This document shows positions 1 to 9,734 of a DNA stretch of 40,761 nt, piece after piece (position 1 is the stretch's first letter; every line of letters starts with the position of its first letter). The position numbers and the translations under genes were made by a program. The stretch spans positions 1-40,761 of the forward strand of contig JBAZXY010000002.1 in NCBI GenBank assembly GCA_041659585.1, given 5' to 3'. Below the pieces are notes generated by a model. That model ran no database searches, had not been told where the DNA came from, and worked only from the letters and a program-made list of their open reading frames with translations. Origin of the DNA: Parcubacteria group bacterium. Its GTDB lineage: Bacteria > Patescibacteriota > Minisyncoccia > Moranbacterales > UBA2206.

Positions 1-1582
1 CATAGCCATGCAACATGGCAGGAATGGCTTCTGGCGTGCCCATCTGCGGAGAACTCACCATCACAATATTATCAATCAGATTGGCTTTGTTTTGTGTCTC
101 CAATTCTCGCATAATGGCTTTTGCCAAAAGCCCACCATTAGAATGCGCGACGATAGTCACCTTCTGACTAATGGAATTTTTTTGCAAGTTTTCAATTTCT
201 GTCACCGCTTTTTTAACCTCATTTTCATATTTGGTCCCATTTTTAGCAATGTTTTCCACATCAAATCTCCAATCATAAGAATATAAAGAATATTCCTTAA
301 TTATTCTATCATTTTTAAGTGATTGTAAATCCTCTACAAATCCGTCATAAATCCCCACTATTCCATAAGCATTTTCCACTACATTCTTAGTATAAATATT
401 ATGAGGGCTTTTTCCATCTTTATCCATTAATAATTTTGAAACATCATTGGTTGATTCCGGTAGCCAAACTTGATCATCTCCACTATCCGCATCATCTAAT
501 CGACTCGCTTTGATTCCAGGCAAAAATAGCACATTAGAGGCGAAGTCTGGAAATTCCCGCCAATAATCAGCTAATAACAAATCGCCACTAATTCTCTCTC
601 CTATTGGGGTGGGATCATCCCCACTACTATAAAAATATGATGGACCCGCCTCATCCCCATACCAATTATTTTTCAACACCACCTTAGTTTTGTCATGCCA
701 GCTGGAGTCGCTTTCCACTTGGCTTGTGCAAGTTGTCCCACATATTTCACCATAGACATTATAATCATCCGGGTAATCACTCTTGCATTCATTGAAGCAG
801 TCCTCAAAAAGGGAATTGTAAGCATCCGGCTGAGTGACGCTCGAAATCACGGCTGTGTTTTGTGAATTGTGTTGAAAGTTGGAATTTTCGATATGCAGAT
901 AACTCTCATTATTCCATTCACCATATTCTATTTCAACCTTGATATCAGCATAGGCATTGCTATCAAAGATGCAATTTTTCATCCTAACCTTGCCTGAATA
1001 GACCGTCACCGCCGGCAAGATTTTTTCAGCCGGTGCTGCATAGGCTGTGGGCAGGAAATAATCCTTGATTTTGTGATTCATCCCCAAGCCAGGACAATTA
1101 TCAGTGTCATAGGGATAGCAGCCTCCCAAATGTGAAAACTCCACAAATTCCAGAATTGATTCCGGATCATCCGCGCTGTCCCCCAGTCCAGCAAACTCGA
1201 TGGTGCCGGTGGGCTCCACAAAACAAGCCGGGTCATATGAGGTGCTTTCATCCCAAACAGGCGGGATTCCACTCAGCTTGATTTTTTCTTCCATCGTGCC
1301 GATTGCCTGAATTGTTCCGTAAATATAGAGATGACGAAAGGCCAGCTGCGCCCCCTTTTCAATGGTTAATGTCACACCCTCTTCAACATAGATATTCTCA
1401 TATCCGGACAAATCCGTGTCCTTGTTCCAAATGGTGTTTTCCGTAATATTCAAATCCTCCAAGGCTGGCGCCTCCTCAGCTGCAACATTTTGCGAGAGAT
1501 AAAAAAAATCAATCCGCAGAGGACTGATTGCAAGAAAAGCAATTAAAACAAAAGCTACTATTTTCTGACTGGCTCGCTGCAT
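1..1582 (-). CDS. secreted LCAT/PGAP1-like alpha/beta-hydrolase (lipase/acyltransferase) with N-terminal beta-helix-like region; C-terminus runs off the left edge
   Basis: Absent from the ORF track because it is open at the window edge. Hand translation of the minus strand from the ATG at 1582 gives MQRASQKIVAFVLIAFLAISPL... (hydrophobic signal/anchor). I verified codon by codon from 1582 to 1201 with no stops and read the remainder more loosely. It contains VLFLPGIKASRL, YSYDWRFD and the nucleophile elbow VTIVAHSNGG, as in lecithin:cholesterol acyltransferase-like lipases. Confidence 0.7.
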   Translation of the reverse strand, partial: MQRASQKIVAFVLIAFLAISPLRIDFFYLSQNVAAEEAPALEDLNITENTIWNKDTDLSGYENIYVEEGVTLTIEKGAQLAFRHLYIYGTIQAIGTMEEKIKLSGIPPVWDESTSYDPACFVEPTGTIEFAGLGDSADDPESILEFVEFSHLGGCYPYDTDNCPGLGMNHKIKDYFLPTAYAAPAEKILPAVTVYSGKVRMKNCIFDSNAYADIKVEIEYGEWNNESYLHIENSNFQHNSQNTAVISSVTQPDAYNSLFEDCFNECKSDYPDDYNVYGEICGTTCTSQVESDSSWHDKTKVVLKNNWYGDEAGPSYFYSSGDDPTPIGERISGDLLLADYWREFPDFASNVLFLPGIKASRLDDADSGDDQVWLPESTNDVSKLLMDKDGKSPHNIYTKNVVENAYGIVGIYDGFVEDLQSLKNDRIIKEYSLYSYDWRFDVENIAKNGTKYENEVKKAVTEIENLQKNSISQKVTIVAHSNGGLLAKAIMRELETQNKANLIDNIVMVSSPQMGTPEAIPAMLHGY

Positions 1583-1612
1583 CTTCTTCAAAAATTATTT
1601 TTTTACATTCTT

Positions 1613-1642
1613 ATTATAGCATAAAATATTTCAGCTTTTCAA
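1613..1642 (-). promoter_or_regulatory. sigma70-like promoter for the lipase gene (TTGAAA-18-TATAAT)
   Basis: On the minus strand TTGAAA is at 1642-1637, followed by an 18-nt spacer and TATAAT at 1618-1613, about 30 nt upstream of the ATG at 1582. Confidence 0.4.
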
Positions 1643-2039
1643 AAGATGTCAAGGGTACATTAACTTTCTTTTGGCACACAAAAGAAAGTTACAAAGAAAA
1701 TGTGCCGCAAAACTACATACCAAGACAAATTATCAATTTCTGAGCTAAAATTCCTGGAAACCTTAAAGGGAAAGCCGGCGATAAATTTTTACGCTCATAA
1801 ATTTCAATTTGTAACTTGGCATTCCGTTGATGCGGGGTAAAATTTTAAAAAACGATTCCTCGCCCATAGCGAAGTGCGTTTCTAAATTTCAGCGCGAGAG
1901 CGTTAAGAAATTACCTACCAACACTCCTTTTAGCATTTTTGGGAATTTTAGCGAGTAAGCTAGAAATTTAGACAGCACAAGCCTGGGCAGCAGTTTCTTT
2001 TTGCCACTTTCTTTGCTGCCAAAGAAAATGGCGAATTGT

Positions 2040-2819
2040 TTAGATATTTTCTGCAATGCGCGGAGACATCTTGCGATATGACCAGATGCTGAGAGCAAAA
2101 CCGCTCAGAACAATAGCCATGAAAATAGCGTATTGCCCGAAAGTGGCAAAGTGATTATTAATCAGCGACTCCTTGGTGAAATGAATAATGAAAGCCAAAG
2201 GATTGAGCAAGACAAAAACATGGTATTGCGCCGGAATAGTCACCAAGGGATAGATAATCGGCGAAGCATACATAATGATCATCAGTAACACCTCCCAAAT
2301 CATCGACAGATCGCGAAACTTCACATACAAGGGTGCGGTCAGAAGCGAAAAAGACAGGACGATGATATAGATAAACACTGAGAACAGCAAAAACATGCCG
2401 ATCGCCGCCAAACTCGGCATAAAGCCCTTGAGAGCAAAAAAGAAAGCGATCACCGCCAAGTTCATCAAGAAAATCAGGGTGGCATTGATGGTGGAAGCCA
2501 AGATGATGGTCCAGCGCGGCACATAGATCTTGGTCACCAGTTGCGATTTGCTCAGCAGCGAGTTCATCCCGGCACTGGTGCCTTCGGAAAAAAAATAGAA
2601 CATCATCAGACTCACCAACAATTGCAAGGAATAGGTGTCCACGCCCGCGGTGTTTCTTGGATTGAAAACGGAGGAGAAGACAAAATTCAAAATAGCAAAC
2701 GTCAGCAAGGGTTTCAACAACGCCCACAAATAGCCCAAAACACTGCCATGATAGCGCAACTTGAAATCGGTCTTGGCCAACATCCAGATCAATTCTTTAT
2801 AATTTTCGTGTTGTTTCAT
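2040..2819 (-). CDS. ABC-2 type polysaccharide/teichoic-acid export permease (Wzm/TagG-like)
   Basis: The N-terminus ...ELIWMLAKTDFKLRYHGSVLGYLWALLKPLL... is the classic ABC-2 permease signature. Six hydrophobic segments follow. Confidence 0.85.
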   Translation of the reverse strand: MKQHENYKELIWMLAKTDFKLRYHGSVLGYLWALLKPLLTFAILNFVFSSVFNPRNTAGVDTYSLQLLVSLMMFYFFSEGTSAGMNSLLSKSQLVTKIYVPRWTIILASTINATLIFLMNLAVIAFFFALKGFMPSLAAIGMFLLFSVFIYIIVLSFSLLTAPLYVKFRDLSMIWEVLLMIIMYASPIIYPLVTIPAQYHVFVLLNPLAFIIHFTKESLINNHFATFGQYAIFMAIVLSGFALSIWSYRKMSPRIAENI

Positions 2820-2831
2820 AGATTCAATAAC

Positions 2832-3794
2832 TTAATCTTGATATAAGTGCTTATTCTCATTATACCATGCGACAAAATTAGCCATCCCGTCTTCAATTTT
2901 GGTCTTCGGGTCATAGTCCAACATTTTGCGGGCTTTAGTGATGTCAGCATAGGTAATTGGCACGTCACCGGAAAACATCGGATACTGCTTAATATTGGCT
3001 TTTTTGCCTAAGCATTTTTCCACCACCGCAATGAAACTATTCAGATCAATGGTATCCGAGTTACCCAGGTTGAAAATTTCATAGCCGAAAATTCGATCAA
3101 TGGCCGCAATCACCCCATCTACAATATCATCGATATAGGTGTAGTCGCGTCTGGTTGACCCATCGCCGAATCTTTTCACTTCCATTCCTTCATCAATCCA
3201 TTTAGTGCACAAAAACGGGAACATATCCGGTCGTCCGCCTGGTCCATAGACCGTGAACGGTCGGATGACATTCACATTCAGCTTGTGCAAATAGTGATAG
3301 GCGTGTGCCATCAGTTCTGTGGCTTTTTTTGTCGCCGCATAGGGAGAAATGGGGAAATCCACATTATCCGTTTCCGCAAACGGCACTTTCTTGTTTTCGC
3401 CATACACAGAAGAAGAGCTGGTCAGCACAAAATTTTCAATGCCAAAGTCCTTGGACAATTCTAGCAGATTCAAAGTGCCGATATAGTTGGTGTCGGCATA
3501 AATAAAGGGATCGGCAATGCTGGGACGCACCCCGGCACGCGCCGCCGGATGAAAAACACGATCAAATTTTTCTGTGGCAAAAATGTTTTTCAGCAATTCA
3601 TAATCTGTGATATCACCCCGATATAGCTTGTAATTCGGATTGGCGGCAAATTGCGCCACATTATCCTCTTTCACCTTCGGCGAATAGTAGTCATTGAAAC
3701 TATCTACACAAACCACACTGTCTCCCCGCTCTAACAATTTCTTGGTAACAGCTGACCCAATAAACCCCGCTCCACCGGTAACTAATATTTTCAT
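2832..3794 (-). CDS. NAD-dependent sugar-nucleotide epimerase (SDR family, UDP-glucuronate 4-epimerase-like)
   Basis: Rossmann motif MKILVTGGAGFIGS, catalytic YAATKKATE (YxxxK), and the DYYSPKVKEDN region typical of the GalE/UDP-GlcA epimerase clade. Confidence 0.85.
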   Translation of the reverse strand: MKILVTGGAGFIGSAVTKKLLERGDSVVCVDSFNDYYSPKVKEDNVAQFAANPNYKLYRGDITDYELLKNIFATEKFDRVFHPAARAGVRPSIADPFIYADTNYIGTLNLLELSKDFGIENFVLTSSSSVYGENKKVPFAETDNVDFPISPYAATKKATELMAHAYHYLHKLNVNVIRPFTVYGPGGRPDMFPFLCTKWIDEGMEVKRFGDGSTRRDYTYIDDIVDGVIAAIDRIFGYEIFNLGNSDTIDLNSFIAVVEKCLGKKANIKQYPMFSGDVPITYADITKARKMLDYDPKTKIEDGMANFVAWYNENKHLYQD

Positions 3795-3865
3795 AGATTT
3801 AATTCATACGGCATACAACATAAAACAAAAAATAATGTTGTGTCCTATGTGTTATATGCTACATG

Positions 3866-5065
3866 TTATATGTTACATAATTTTATTTTACCTCTCAAAT
3901 AAGCATAGTATTCCTCCTCATGACTATTTGCAATCGTATAATCAGCCAATACCTTAGCACGAGCTGCTTTTCCCATCTGACTGCGCAATTCACAGTCCAC
4001 AACCAATTGCTCTATTTTCTCTATCCATTCTAATCTATTCCCGGCTAAAAATCCATTCACCCCGTCTGTGATGGCTTCACTGAAGGTTTGATTGCGCACC
4101 GCCACCAGGGGCACCTCCAAGGCACCTGCTTCAATGAAACGGATTTCTGATTTAGACTGGCAGAATGGATCATTCTGCACCAAAGGATATAAACAGATAT
4201 CCACCTGATGCATATTTTCATAATATTTATCCCGACTTACCAAAGGCATAGTGATAATCCGATCTCCAAAAACATTTAACTCACTATCCACGTCCAGCGG
4301 ACCGGCTAAATATAATTGCACCTGTGGAAACCGTGCCAATATCGAACACAAGGCTGATGTAACAGTAGCAAAGTCCTGATTATGACTATGCGTTCCACTG
4401 AAATAACCCAGACGCACGAACGCATCTTTCTTCTTGGGCACATGCTGCAAAATATGTTCTACCACCGCCAGCTCATGCTCTGAAATCTTGTTTTTCGCTA
4501 CAAACACTTTCTTGCCGTAACCGCGCAAGATATCTGCTAAATAGGTAGTGGAAGTGGTGCACGTCCGAGTATACTCATCTTTCAAAATTTCCTCTCCCAC
4601 TCCTTTAGCATATTGCATTTTCTCAAAGGCACTCATCTTGTTCTTATACAAATCAGTTTGATGCATATATTGCGTATCAAAAACCAAATCATCTGTTTCA
4701 AAAATAATTTCCTTCTGTCGCTCTTTTATTTTTGCCACCAATCTCTTCAAACCGCCAGTTTCAATAGTGCGTTGGAAAATAAAAATCTGAAAACGCCCGG
4801 CAAACCAAGGCAAAAGCGGATTGTCCTGCAACATCACTTCAGCTTTAATGCCATGAGCAGTGAGCTCCTCCGCTTGATTGTAGGCGCGATAGTGGGCGCT
4901 ATCCCCCACTCCGCCTGTTACAATCAAAACATCGCCGGAAGGAAAATTAAACATATTTTTCAAAAAGATAATGCCGTAGCTCAAAATACGCCGACCACCG
5001 ACAAGCAAACCATCCCGCCGGATAGTAGTGAAGGCTTTACCAAATTTAATAAGCATTAACTTCAT
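3866..5065 (-). CDS. GT-B fold glycosyltransferase (GT1/GT4-like C-terminal domain)
   Basis: C-terminal ...SEIRFIEAGALEVPLVAVRNQTFSEAITDGVNGFL... matches the E-x7-E-type sugar-donor domain. Its ATG overlaps the stop of the upstream gene (ATGA at 5062-5065). Confidence 0.7.
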   Translation of the reverse strand: MKLMLIKFGKAFTTIRRDGLLVGGRRILSYGIIFLKNMFNFPSGDVLIVTGGVGDSAHYRAYNQAEELTAHGIKAEVMLQDNPLLPWFAGRFQIFIFQRTIETGGLKRLVAKIKERQKEIIFETDDLVFDTQYMHQTDLYKNKMSAFEKMQYAKGVGEEILKDEYTRTCTTSTTYLADILRGYGKKVFVAKNKISEHELAVVEHILQHVPKKKDAFVRLGYFSGTHSHNQDFATVTSALCSILARFPQVQLYLAGPLDVDSELNVFGDRIITMPLVSRDKYYENMHQVDICLYPLVQNDPFCQSKSEIRFIEAGALEVPLVAVRNQTFSEAITDGVNGFLAGNRLEWIEKIEQLVVDCELRSQMGKAARAKVLADYTIANSHEEEYYAYLRGKIKLCNI

Positions 5066-6486
5066 TGGTTTATTTGAAATTTTAGATCTCCCTGCAAAAC
5101 ACCCTCCTGATTAAATTCTTTGCCCTCTTTGGTCTTAATATGAACTTTGATCGGCACATCCCCCACGCCCGATTGCTTTTGGACTAGCAAGCGATAATCA
5201 TCCTGGGTAAAATTATTTGGCAATTCATATTTAATTGTGGCATTGGTTTCCGTGCGCATAACGGTATGCAGAATAAATCCAAAATAAGTTTTACCAAATT
5301 CCACGCCGTTGCCGCCAAGAGGCGAAACCATTTTATTTTCTAAAAGCTTAGCCCCTTCCGGCACATACACGCGCAAATATGAATGATAATCACTCGTGCG
5401 CCAATCTCCTGCCTGAGCCGTATTCTTATAATTCAAACTCAAAGTGACAATTGGCTTTTCCCCGGTCAAGTCAATATCATAACCAATCTCACGCTTTATA
5501 TAATAATCTGTTTTGAGCGCCCCCAAATTGGAATCCACCATCATCAAATAATCTCCACCCCAATCTGCAGCCACCTTGCCATTCCAATACACGCTGTCCA
5601 CTGCTGCTTGCAGCTCCGCATCACTCAAGTTCAACATGATATTTTTGTTCTGCAATTCCTTATGGAAGAATTCAGCTAATTTTGGCACGTCCTGGATATT
5701 GGAAAGTTTTTTTATAATCACCGCCGCCAAACTCTTCATAATTTCCTTTCTATTTTGCGTATCTAATTTCTGATCCAAGAGATAGGGTTTTTCTACAATC
5801 TCCTCCAATTTCAAAGTCGCATTCGTGCTATCAAAAACCGTAGCATTACCCGGAGCAGAAACTGGTCCGGTCAATTCTAACACATCATTGAAAGCCTGGG
5901 AATTCACTGCAATCACCCCATCAAACTTACTTGGTGATCCTGCCAGACGCAAGAAATATTCCGCCTTGGCCACGTTAGTAGGAAAATCCGGTGAAAAATT
6001 AGAGTCTCTGAATTTCCAATTTTTGATGCCCATTTTTTTAGTCAGCACTGCTGGTGCCGGCACATCCGTAGAAATCCGCTGATCCAAAAGATTGGCATCT
6101 TCAACAAAGGTCGAAACCACTTCCCCATTCTTTATTTTAATAATAGCGTATTGGCCCAAAAATCCACCCCCCGGACGCAGCTCCATGCTATTTTGCAGCA
6201 TCAGGAGAAAACTTCGCGTCACGCCGTCCTGTTTGGAAAATTCTTGCACCAATTGATTGACTACTGCCAGCTCTTTTTGCCTATCCGGTTCAATCACCAG
6301 CAGGCTGGAAATTTTTTCCGCCACATTCAAAGCATTGATAAGCACTCCCTTTTTATTATTCTTCAAAAAACCATATGCATAATAGCCACTCCCGATCAGA
6401 AGCAAAACAGTTACCATAATTATGATTGTTTTTTTAGTAAAAAAACTTTGCAATCCCAAGGCGAAATCCACTATCTTTTTTTTCAT
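5062..6486 (-). CDS. DUF4012 domain membrane-anchored protein
   Basis: N-terminal TM segment (TIIIMVTVLLLIGSGYYAYGF) and the family hallmark LLMLQNSMELRPGGGFLGQYAIIKIKNGEV. Confidence 0.75.
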   Translation of the reverse strand: MKKKIVDFALGLQSFFTKKTIIIMVTVLLLIGSGYYAYGFLKNNKKGVLINALNVAEKISSLLVIEPDRQKELAVVNQLVQEFSKQDGVTRSFLLMLQNSMELRPGGGFLGQYAIIKIKNGEVVSTFVEDANLLDQRISTDVPAPAVLTKKMGIKNWKFRDSNFSPDFPTNVAKAEYFLRLAGSPSKFDGVIAVNSQAFNDVLELTGPVSAPGNATVFDSTNATLKLEEIVEKPYLLDQKLDTQNRKEIMKSLAAVIIKKLSNIQDVPKLAEFFHKELQNKNIMLNLSDAELQAAVDSVYWNGKVAADWGGDYLMMVDSNLGALKTDYYIKREIGYDIDLTGEKPIVTLSLNYKNTAQAGDWRTSDYHSYLRVYVPEGAKLLENKMVSPLGGNGVEFGKTYFGFILHTVMRTETNATIKYELPNNFTQDDYRLLVQKQSGVGDVPIKVHIKTKEGKEFNQEGVLQGDLKFQINQ

Positions 6487-6497
6487 TTTTATTTTTA

Positions 6498-7673
6498 TTA
6501 TCTAAGTGAGTTATAAATAGTATCTAATTTTTTTCCCGATTCACTCCAGCTAAACTCTTGCGCCTTTTTTTTGTTGGCAGCGCCTTTTTCCAACATTTCC
6601 TCTGGCTGGGAAGCCAGGTGCAAAATACCCTTAGCAATCTCAGTCGAAGTCATTTCACTGCAGAAATAAGCACTCTCCCCCAAAAATTGGCGGTTATTTG
6701 GCTTGTCAAAACACACAATCGGCAATCCGGCAGCCATATAATTAAGCATTTTGCCGCTAGCTTGAGCTGTATCGCAATCCTTGGGATCAACGGCAATGTC
6801 GCACGCCTTCAAAACCTCCGGCAACTTAAAATAATCCAAAGGAGAAATCAAGCGCACCGAATTTTGGAGATGATGCATCTTAATAAAGCTCTGCACCTGA
6901 TGCACTGGAAAACCCCCGATTAAGAAAAAAATATCAATACGTTTTTCCATTACCAAATGAATAGCATCCAATAGATAGTCAATTCCTTTATTCGTAACGA
7001 GTCCGCCGGTGTAGCCGACGATAAAACGATGTTTAGGCAGTTCCATTGCATAGCGGATTTCTTCCTTCGTAGCTGGCACCTGGAAGCTATTCAAATTAAT
7101 TCCATCCAACAACACCTCACAATGCTGATCAGCGCGCATCCGTGCGATGTCTTGCACGCCTTCCCAAGAGCTGGCAATGGCATAATCCCCCAAATTACTA
7201 ATGAATTTTTCAATAGTGGAAAAAACCGTTTTCAATCCTCGCTTCAAATAACCATGGGAAACCATTTCCTTGGTTAGGCTGCCATGAAAATCAGCTACTA
7301 GTTTTATTTTTCGCCAAAAAAGAATTTTTTGAACGAGCCATCCAATTAACACACCTTCGTGCAAATGGCCATGGATAATATCTGGTTTCTGCGTACGCGC
7401 CAAATAAAAAACCTTCCGGATCAGCATGATATCCAAAATAATTTTTTGCCAATCCGGTCCAGCTTCTAGTTTCTTATACCAAAAAAGCAAGCGCCGAATG
7501 CGCCTGACATCAATCCTGGTCTGCACCTGTGTATCGATATCGTTTCCGACATGGTAGGTAGCAATGGTAATTTGGTGGCCTAATTTTTCCAGAGCCAGAG
7601 CTTCTTCCAAAATCCGAATATGCGTTCCTCGATTAGAAAAAAAAGGCGTTGGCGCGACAACTAATATCCTCAT
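6498..7673 (-). CDS. glycosyltransferase family 4-like (GT-B)
   Basis: MRILVVAPTPFFSNRGTHIRILEEALALEKLGHQ is a typical GT4 N-terminus, and ...KMLNYMAAGLPIVC... lies in the C-terminal domain. The ORF track starts 7 codons earlier, at 7694. I prefer the ATG at 7673, which gives the canonical MRILVV start. Confidence 0.8.
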   Translation of the reverse strand: MRILVVAPTPFFSNRGTHIRILEEALALEKLGHQITIATYHVGNDIDTQVQTRIDVRRIRRLLFWYKKLEAGPDWQKIILDIMLIRKVFYLARTQKPDIIHGHLHEGVLIGWLVQKILFWRKIKLVADFHGSLTKEMVSHGYLKRGLKTVFSTIEKFISNLGDYAIASSWEGVQDIARMRADQHCEVLLDGINLNSFQVPATKEEIRYAMELPKHRFIVGYTGGLVTNKGIDYLLDAIHLVMEKRIDIFFLIGGFPVHQVQSFIKMHHLQNSVRLISPLDYFKLPEVLKACDIAVDPKDCDTAQASGKMLNYMAAGLPIVCFDKPNNRQFLGESAYFCSEMTSTEIAKGILHLASQPEEMLEKGAANKKKAQEFSWSESGKKLDTIYNSLR

Positions 7674-7800
7674 ACAACGTGAAACATACGGCATGAAACA
7701 GGTCTATTAATTAAATTGCAATAGAAACAACTGCGAAATGAGTCGTTTCATGTTTCATATCATATGTTATATGCTTACATTTTAACCCAAAAACTATCGT

Positions 7801-7829
7801 TTGGCAAAAGGCCCATTTGGCTATATAAT
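7801..7829 (+). promoter_or_regulatory. sigma70-like promoter (TTGGCA-17-TATAAT) for the plus-strand envelope operon
   Basis: TTGGCA at 7801-7806, exact 17-nt spacer, TATAAT at 7824-7829, about 24 nt upstream of the ATG at 7853. Confidence 0.5.
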
Positions 7830-7852
7830 ACTATTAATTAAGAATTTCCCTC

Positions 7853-9724
7853 ATGAATGAAAAAATACCGCAGACAAGCCTTCCGGGCCAAGAAAAAATG
7901 CTGCATTTTTATGCCAGATTGAAGGCTTTTTTCGGTGAAGGGGTCCACCTCAACCGCCATCAGCTCTTTACTATCTTCGTATTGTTCTGGATCGGGCTGG
8001 GATGGCTGGGACTCATCCTATCGCTTTTAGGCATTTTCTATACCACTTTTTTTGTGGCCTATCTTTTTTTCGGCATCGCTTTTTTTGCCTATGTGTTCAG
8101 CTTCAACCAATTAAAAATTAAAATTGAACAGCCTCTGTTCTGGCTTTTTCTGCTTTCGCTGGTATCGGTGTTTGTTTTTTCCTACTACACCACGCCAACT
8201 ATTTTTTCCGGCCGGGACCAGGGCTCACTCAGCGAAGCGGCTATTCAACTGGCCCAAACCCATCGCCTCACTTTTTCTTTTGACGCTCAAAAAGAATTTT
8301 TCCATATCTACGGACCAGGCAAGGCACTCAATTTCCCCGGCTTTATCTATACTCCTGCCGGAGAGCTCACTACCCAATTTCCTTTCGGCTACATCACTTG
8401 GCTAGCCGTGTTCTATGTCATGTTTGGCCTGCATGGTTTTGTGGTCGCCAATACCATCACTTTCGTTATTTTTCTGTTCTCCTTCTATTTAGTCACCCGC
8501 CACTATCTGCGCCCCGCCTCCGCCATGGTCGCCGTCCTGCTGGTACTCACCTCCTTTGCCTTTTCTTGGTTTTTCAAATTCACCCTCAGCGAAAACCTGG
8601 GCGCCATGCTCACCTGGTTCGGCATCTACGCTTTTGTGATGTTCACACAAAAGAAGAAACGCTTTTATCTGCTAGCCGCACTTTCCTCCTTTATCATGCT
8701 GGTTTTTGCGCGCATTGAGGCCCTGGGATTCCTAACTGTTATTGTTCTAATCTTACTGATTAAATACAAGGATTGGAAATATCTGCTCTTCGTGGTAATT
8801 GGGAAAAAAATATTATTCCTGATTGGAGGATTTTTCCTGCTTTATTTTTTCAACCTGGCTTTTGATACCCAGTCCTATCTGTTTATGCTAAAAAGCGTCC
8901 TCCACCCATTCATTTCCCTAGGGTCTGGCCTCAAGGATTATTCTACCTCTTCCTCCATCACCTTCTTCAGCACGGCCGCCTATACTATCCGCATTCTTTT
9001 CGCCTATGGCCTCTTCAATTTCATTCTCTTCGGTCTGGTCGGGGTGATTTATCTCTGGCGCCACAAAAAATTCGACCTCCTTGTTCCCTTCCTTATTGTC
9101 TTGCCTTCTTTTGTATATATCGTTTATCCCAGCATCTCCTCGGACCATCCATGGATGCTGCGACGTTTTGTTTTTTCCATTCTTCCAGTGAGCATTCTCT
9201 ATACTATATGGTTTTTTGACTGGTTTTTTAAAAAAAGAGTCTATTTCTATCTCTTTTCCGCCATCCTACTGGTCACCAATCTACTGGTTTTCCTGCCCTA
9301 TCTCGCAGTCTCGCCGAATAAAAATCTTCTGGGCGAAGTGGAAAAAATCAGCCGCAACTTCAAAAGCTCCGATCTGATTTTGGTGGACCGGGACGCCACT
9401 GGCGACGGCTGGTCCATGATGACCGACCCCATGCATTCGCAATTCGGCCTGCAAGCGGTGTACTTTTTCAATCCTCAAGACCTGGACAAAATTAATAAAA
9501 AGAAATTCACCGGCATCTATTTCATCATTCCCGACAATAAACTAGACTTCTATCAAAAATCTGGTCTCTTCAAGAGAATCGCTCCCATCAAGGACTATTC
9601 TTTTTCCTCCAAGGTCCTAGATGTCAAACTTGCCAACAAGGCCACACTCTATGCCAACCCTATCCAACTCCCTGAGGAAAAAGAAATTATAGTTACTGGA
9701 AAAATTTACCAATTAAAATATTAG
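7853..9724 (+). CDS. large polytopic membrane protein, GT-C (ArnT/PMT, GT39/83)-like glycosyltransferase candidate
   Basis: 623 aa with more than 12 hydrophobic segments. The first external loop, ...SGRDQGSLSEAAIQLAQ..., resembles the acidic-loop motif of ArnT/PMT_2 enzymes. A soluble C-terminal domain follows. Confidence 0.5.
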   Translation: MNEKIPQTSLPGQEKMLHFYARLKAFFGEGVHLNRHQLFTIFVLFWIGLGWLGLILSLLGIFYTTFFVAYLFFGIAFFAYVFSFNQLKIKIEQPLFWLFLLSLVSVFVFSYYTTPTIFSGRDQGSLSEAAIQLAQTHRLTFSFDAQKEFFHIYGPGKALNFPGFIYTPAGELTTQFPFGYITWLAVFYVMFGLHGFVVANTITFVIFLFSFYLVTRHYLRPASAMVAVLLVLTSFAFSWFFKFTLSENLGAMLTWFGIYAFVMFTQKKKRFYLLAALSSFIMLVFARIEALGFLTVIVLILLIKYKDWKYLLFVVIGKKILFLIGGFFLLYFFNLAFDTQSYLFMLKSVLHPFISLGSGLKDYSTSSSITFFSTAAYTIRILFAYGLFNFILFGLVGVIYLWRHKKFDLLVPFLIVLPSFVYIVYPSISSDHPWMLRRFVFSILPVSILYTIWFFDWFFKKRVYFYLFSAILLVTNLLVFLPYLAVSPNKNLLGEVEKISRNFKSSDLILVDRDATGDGWSMMTDPMHSQFGLQAVYFFNPQDLDKINKKKFTGIYFIIPDNKLDFYQKSGLFKRIAPIKDYSFSSKVLDVKLANKATLYANPIQLPEEKEIIVTGKIYQLKY

Positions 9725-9734
9725 TTAAAACTAT

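Noticed and set aside
2158-2846. 189-aa and 101-aa ORFs overlapping the wzm permease in other frames or on the other strand.
   Set aside because: They are shadow ORFs inside a well-supported ABC-2 permease gene. Their composition is low-complexity, rich in Arg, Gly and His, and they have no start signals.
3806-3865. Two short blocks (catacggcat and tgttatatgct-acat) shared collinearly by the regions upstream of the epimerase (3806-3865) and the GT4 gene (7685-7780). I considered them as a common regulatory element.
   Set aside because: Matches of 10-12 nt are expected many times by chance in a 40-kb AT-rich window. Spacing differs between the two sites (44 against 79 bp), and no convincing -35/-10 pair could be built around them.
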